Positions 60,253 through 64,000 of a DNA stretch of 64,000 nt are shown piece after piece. The translations under genes and the position numbers were made by a program. The notes under the pieces are model-generated. The model was not told where the DNA came from, did no database searches, and worked only from the letters and a program-made list of their open reading frames with translations. The stretch is from NCBI RefSeq assembly GCF_900200035.1, contig NZ_FZTC01000009.1:1-64000 (forward strand). Reading direction: 5' to 3'. This DNA comes from Klebsiella grimontii. GTDB lineage: Bacteria > Pseudomonadota > Gammaproteobacteria > Enterobacterales > Enterobacteriaceae. Every line of letters starts with the position of its first letter. Position 1 is the first letter of the stretch.

Positions 60253-60460
60253 AGCGATATTCAACCCAGCAGCGCCATATCGATCAGACGAAGCAGCGTC
60301 GACTGAAGATGCGTCTGCATGGCGATATGCGCGTTGTTGGCGCGAATGCGGGCAATATCGCGCTGCCCTTGCAGAAGCAGAGCCAGGTCGTCATGGGTTA
60401 ACCAGCCGCGCGTTTTCTCCTGCACGCGTAGATTATTCTGTCATAGCGCATCGCTATCGC

Positions 60461-60691
60461 TTAACGCCAGGCTAACTTGCTGACGAATCTGGCGATCTTC
60501 TTGCCTGAGTCATTGTCGGTCGACCGGCGCGGCCGCTGCATCGCTGATGAACTGCAGATAAGTTCTTCCAGCACCAGCACCAGCAGCTGCTGATATGCCG
60601 TGCTGCTGTAGCTATCAACCCAACTGCAGGCGGTCATCAAAAACAGCGCCGCGGCGAGGGGCAGGCGATAAACTCCAGGCTGTAAATACAT
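60461..60691 (-). CDS. hypothetical small secreted/lipoprotein-like ORF
   Basis: 76-aa ORF with N-terminal hydrophobic segment and Cys (LFLMTACSW) resembling a lipobox; no recognised homology; weak. Confidence 0.25.
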   Translation of the reverse strand: MYLQPGVYRLPLAAALFLMTACSWVDSYSSTAYQQLLVLVLEELICSSSAMQRPRRSTDNDSGKKIARFVSKLAWR

Positions 60692-60823
60692 GATGCATCC
60701 TGCAATTTATGGCTGTGGTGCTATCTGATAACAGATGCCGTCCGGCCGCAAATCACAAAATATCAGCGGGAAAAAATGAGAGGAAATGATGCCTCTTCCC
60801 GGGACGGGAAGAGGCAGATGAGA

Positions 60824-63649
60824 TTACTTCAGCATGGGCTTGAGGAAGCGAGCCGTATAGGAGGCCTCGCACTCGGCGACCGTTTCCGGGGTACCGGAAA
60901 CGAGGATCTCCCCGCCGCCGCTTCCGCCCTCCGGCCCAAGGTCAACGATCCAGTCAGCCGTCTTGATGACGTCCAGGTTGTGTTCAATCACCACGATGGT
61001 ATTGCCCTGGTCGCGCAGCTGGTGCAGAACTTCCAGCAGCTGCTGAATATCGGCAAAGTGCAGACCGGTGGTCGGTTCATCAAGGATATACAGCGTTTGC
61101 CCGGTACCGCGTTTGGACAGCTCGCGCGCCAGCTTGACGCGCTGTGCTTCGCCGCCGGAGAGGGTAGTCGCTGACTGGCCCAGACGAATATAGGTCAGGC
61201 CGACGTCCATCAGCGTTTGCAGCTTACGCGCCAGCGCCGGTACCGCATCGAAGAACTCACGCGCTTCTTCGATGGTCATATCCAGCACTTCATGAATCGT
61301 TTTGCCTTTGTACTTTATCTCCAGCGTTTCGCGGTTATAGCGCTTGCCTTTGCACTGGTCGCACGGCACGTAGATATCCGGCAGGAAGTGCATCTCGACT
61401 TTGATCACGCCGTCACCCTGGCAGGCTTCACAGCGACCGCCGCGCACGTTAAAGCTGAAGCGGCCCGGCGTGTAGCCGCGCGAACGCGATTCAGGTACGC
61501 CGGCAAACAGTTCACGGACCGGCGTAAAGACGCCGGTGTAGGTTGCCGGGTTAGAACGCGGCGTACGACCGATGGGGCTCTGGTCGATATCAATGACTTT
61601 GTCGAAATGTTCCAGCCCCTGCACGTCGCGGTACGGCGCCGGTTCGGCGATAGTGGCGCCGTTGAGCTGACGCTGGGCAATCGGGAACAGCGTGTCGTTG
61701 ATCAGCGTGGATTTACCCGACCCGGAAACGCCGGTAATGCAGGTGAAGAGGCCTACCGGCAGCGTCAGGGTCACGTCTTTCAGGTTATTGCCGCGCGCGC
61801 CGGACAGCTTCAGCACTTTCTCCGGATTGGCGGGCACGCGCTGTTTCGGCACTTCGATTTTACGCTTGCCGCTCATGAACTGGCCGGTCAGCGATTCCGG
61901 CACCGCCATAATATCTTCCAGCTTGCCTTCGGCCACGACCTGACCGCCGTGTACCCCGGCGCCCGGGCCGATATCGATAACGTGGTCGGCGGCGCGAATA
62001 GCGTCTTCATCGTGCTCAACGACGATCACGGTGTTGCCGAGATTTCGCAGATGGATCAGGGTGCCAAGCAGGCGTTCGTTATCGCGCTGGTGCAGGCCGA
62101 TAGAGGGCTCATCCAGTACGTACATCACGCCGACCAGGCCCGCGCCGATCTGGCTGGCGAGGCGGATACGCTGCGCTTCGCCGCCGGAGAGGGTTTCCGC
62201 CGAACGGGAGAGCGTCAGGTAGTTCAGACCGACGTTGACGAGGAACTTCAGGCGATCGCCAATCTCTTTCAGAACTTTTTCAGCAATTTGCGCACGCTGG
62301 CCGGAGAGCTTCAGGTTGTTGAAGAAGTCCATCGCGTGGCCGATGCTCATGTCCGAGATGGTCGGCAGCGGGGTATTTTCCACGAACACGTGCCGCGCTT
62401 CGCGCTTCAGGCGGGTCCCTTCACAGCTGGTGCAGGGACGGTTGCTGATGAATTTCGCTAACTCTTCACGTACCGCGCTGGATTCCGTCTCTTTATAACG
62501 GCGTTCCATGTTATGCAGCACGCCTTCGAACGGATGGCGGCGCACCGAGGTATCGCCGCGATCGTTCATATATTTGAATTCAATATTCTCTTTGCCTGAG
62601 CCGTACAGGACCACTTTTTGTACGCTGCTATTCAGCGTGCCCCAGGGGGCTTCAACATCGAATTCATAATGTTCCGCCAGCGACTTCAGCATCTGGAAGT
62701 AGTAAAAATTGCGCCGATCCCAGCCGCGAATCGCCCCGCCCGCCAGCGACAGCTCAGGGTTCTGAATCACGCGTTCCGGGTCAAAATACTGCTGCACGCC
62801 GAGGCCGTCGCAGGTCGGGCAAGCGCCCGCCGGGTTGTTGAAGGAGAACAGGCGCGGTTCCAGTTCGCGCATGCTGTAGCCGCAAATCGGGCAGGCGAAG
62901 TTGGCGGAAAACAGCAGCTCTTCAGCTTTCGGATCGTCCATATTGGCGACGATGGCGGTGCCGCCCGACAGCTCCAGCGCGGTTTCAAAAGACTCGGCCA
63001 GGCGCGTGCTGAGATCGTCGCGCACCTTAAAGCGGTCAATCACCACTTCAATAGTGTGTTTCTTCTGCAGCTCCAGCTTTGGCGGATCGGAGAGATCGCA
63101 GACCTCGCCGTCGATCCTCGCGCGGATGTAGCCCTGCCCGGCAAGGTTTTCCAGGGTTTTGTTATGTTCGCCTTTGCGCTCTTTAATGATTGGCGCCAGC
63201 AGCATCAGGCGCTGGCCTTCAGGCTGGGAGAGCACGTTATCGACCATCTGGCTCACGGTCTGCGCCGCCAGCGGGACGTCGTGATCCGGGCAACGCGGCT
63301 CGCCGACGCGAGCGTACAGCAGGCGCAGGTAGTCGTGAATTTCGGTAATGGTGCCTACCGTTGAACGGGGGTTGTGGGACGTTGATTTCTGTTCAATGGA
63401 AATCGCCGGCGACAGCCCTTCAATATGGTCGACATCGGGTTTCTCCATCAGCGACAGGAACTGCCGCGCGTAGGCGGAGAGCGACTCAACGTAGCGACGC
63501 TGCCCTTCGGCATACAACGTGTCGAAAGCCAATGAGGATTTGCCTGAACCCGAAAGCCCGGTGACGACAATGAGTTTGTCGCGCGGGATGACGAGGTTGA
63601 TATTTTTGAGATTGTGGGTGCGGGCGCCCCGAACTTCGATCTTATCCAT
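60824..63649 (-). CDS. uvrA: excinuclease ABC subunit A
   Basis: 941 aa, [64 protein letters not shown]. Confidence 0.97.
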   Translation of the reverse strand: MDKIEVRGARTHNLKNINLVIPRDKLIVVTGLSGSGKSSLAFDTLYAEGQRRYVESLSAYARQFLSLMEKPDVDHIEGLSPAISIEQKSTSHNPRSTVGTITEIHDYLRLLYARVGEPRCPDHDVPLAAQTVSQMVDNVLSQPEGQRLMLLAPIIKERKGEHNKTLENLAGQGYIRARIDGEVCDLSDPPKLELQKKHTIEVVIDRFKVRDDLSTRLAESFETALELSGGTAIVANMDDPKAEELLFSANFACPICGYSMRELEPRLFSFNNPAGACPTCDGLGVQQYFDPERVIQNPELSLAGGAIRGWDRRNFYYFQMLKSLAEHYEFDVEAPWGTLNSSVQKVVLYGSGKENIEFKYMNDRGDTSVRRHPFEGVLHNMERRYKETESSAVREELAKFISNRPCTSCEGTRLKREARHVFVENTPLPTISDMSIGHAMDFFNNLKLSGQRAQIAEKVLKEIGDRLKFLVNVGLNYLTLSRSAETLSGGEAQRIRLASQIGAGLVGVMYVLDEPSIGLHQRDNERLLGTLIHLRNLGNTVIVVEHDEDAIRAADHVIDIGPGAGVHGGQVVAEGKLEDIMAVPESLTGQFMSGKRKIEVPKQRVPANPEKVLKLSGARGNNLKDVTLTLPVGLFTCITGVSGSGKSTLINDTLFPIAQRQLNGATIAEPAPYRDVQGLEHFDKVIDIDQSPIGRTPRSNPATYTGVFTPVRELFAGVPESRSRGYTPGRFSFNVRGGRCEACQGDGVIKVEMHFLPDIYVPCDQCKGKRYNRETLEIKYKGKTIHEVLDMTIEEAREFFDAVPALARKLQTLMDVGLTYIRLGQSATTLSGGEAQRVKLARELSKRGTGQTLYILDEPTTGLHFADIQQLLEVLHQLRDQGNTIVVIEHNLDVIKTADWIVDLGPEGGSGGGEILVSGTPETVAECEASYTARFLKPMLK

Positions 63650-63732
63650 TCACCTTTCCCGGTAGATACGCGGATTGCCTGGTTTGTTAGAAGGACAAAC
63701 GGCAGAAACGGCTAATTATGACACAATTTAAC

Positions 63733-63748
63733 CTGTTTGAATATACAG
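63733..63748. promoter_or_regulatory. LexA (SOS) box in divergent uvrA/ssb promoter region
   Basis: CTGTTTGAATATACAG = CTGT-N8-ACAG. Confidence 0.8.
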
Positions 63749-63896
63749 TATTGGAATGCATTTTCCGGCGGGATGTGTAAAAATGTCGCACCGCGAGAGT
63801 TATCTGGAACCTACTTCCCAGCTATCAACATAGCACCTGGAAATGGTACACTCGCGCGTTTACACTATTAAGAAACGCATTCAGGAGACACAAACA

Positions 63897-64000
63897 TGGC
63901 CAGCAGAGGCGTAAACAAGGTGATTCTCGTCGGTAATCTGGGCCAGGACCCGGAAGTACGCTACATGCCGAGTGGTGGCGCAGTTGCCAACATTACGCTG
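63897..64000 (+). CDS. ssb: single-stranded DNA-binding protein (5' partial, runs off window)
   Basis: [35 protein letters not shown] = E. coli SSB N-terminus. Confidence 0.93.

Noticed and set aside
61217-62461. 414-aa plus-strand ORF (and 62618..63364) inside uvrA
   Set aside because: Antisense to uvrA with Arg/Ala-rich low-complexity translation. uvrA identity is unambiguous.

Overview
This is an enterobacterial chromosomal window, most likely Klebsiella given about 57% GC, Klebsiella-type REP palindromes and a complete L-sorbose sor operon. Gene order matches the E. coli metA-aceBAK-iclR-metH-yjbB-pepE-rluF-yjbD-lysC-pgi-psiE-malGFE/malK-lamB-malM-ubiCA-plsB-dgkA-lexA-dinF-yjbJ-zur-dusA-pspG-qor-dnaB-alr-tyrB-aphA-yjbQR-uvrA-ssb region. 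The conserved backbone is interrupted by three accessory insertions. (1) An IS110-family insertion sequence sits in a REP-rich spacer between yjbB and pepE. (2) Between pepE and rluF there is a chromosomal ccdA/ccdB toxin-antitoxin pair followed by the sorCDFBAME L-sorbose PTS operon and an extra shikimate-dehydrogenase-like gene. (3) Between yjbD and lysC there is a bile-acid:Na symporter-family transporter and an RtcR (CARF domain, sigma-54 activator) gene. The RtcR gene is divergent from an SPFH/band-7-domain protein and a Pol-beta-superfamily nucleotidyltransferase rather than from the usual rtcBA cargo. Its target promoter is a clear sigma-54 -24/-12 element followed by a roughly 300-nt leader containing a tRNA-like T-arm and acceptor minihelix that ends in CCA. 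That RtcR-controlled module with its tRNA-like leader is the most interesting candidate for an undescribed RNA-damage-responsive or defence system. Most of the long ORFs in the six-frame track that run antisense to metH, uvrA, plsB, malF and others are high-GC artefacts and were not called.
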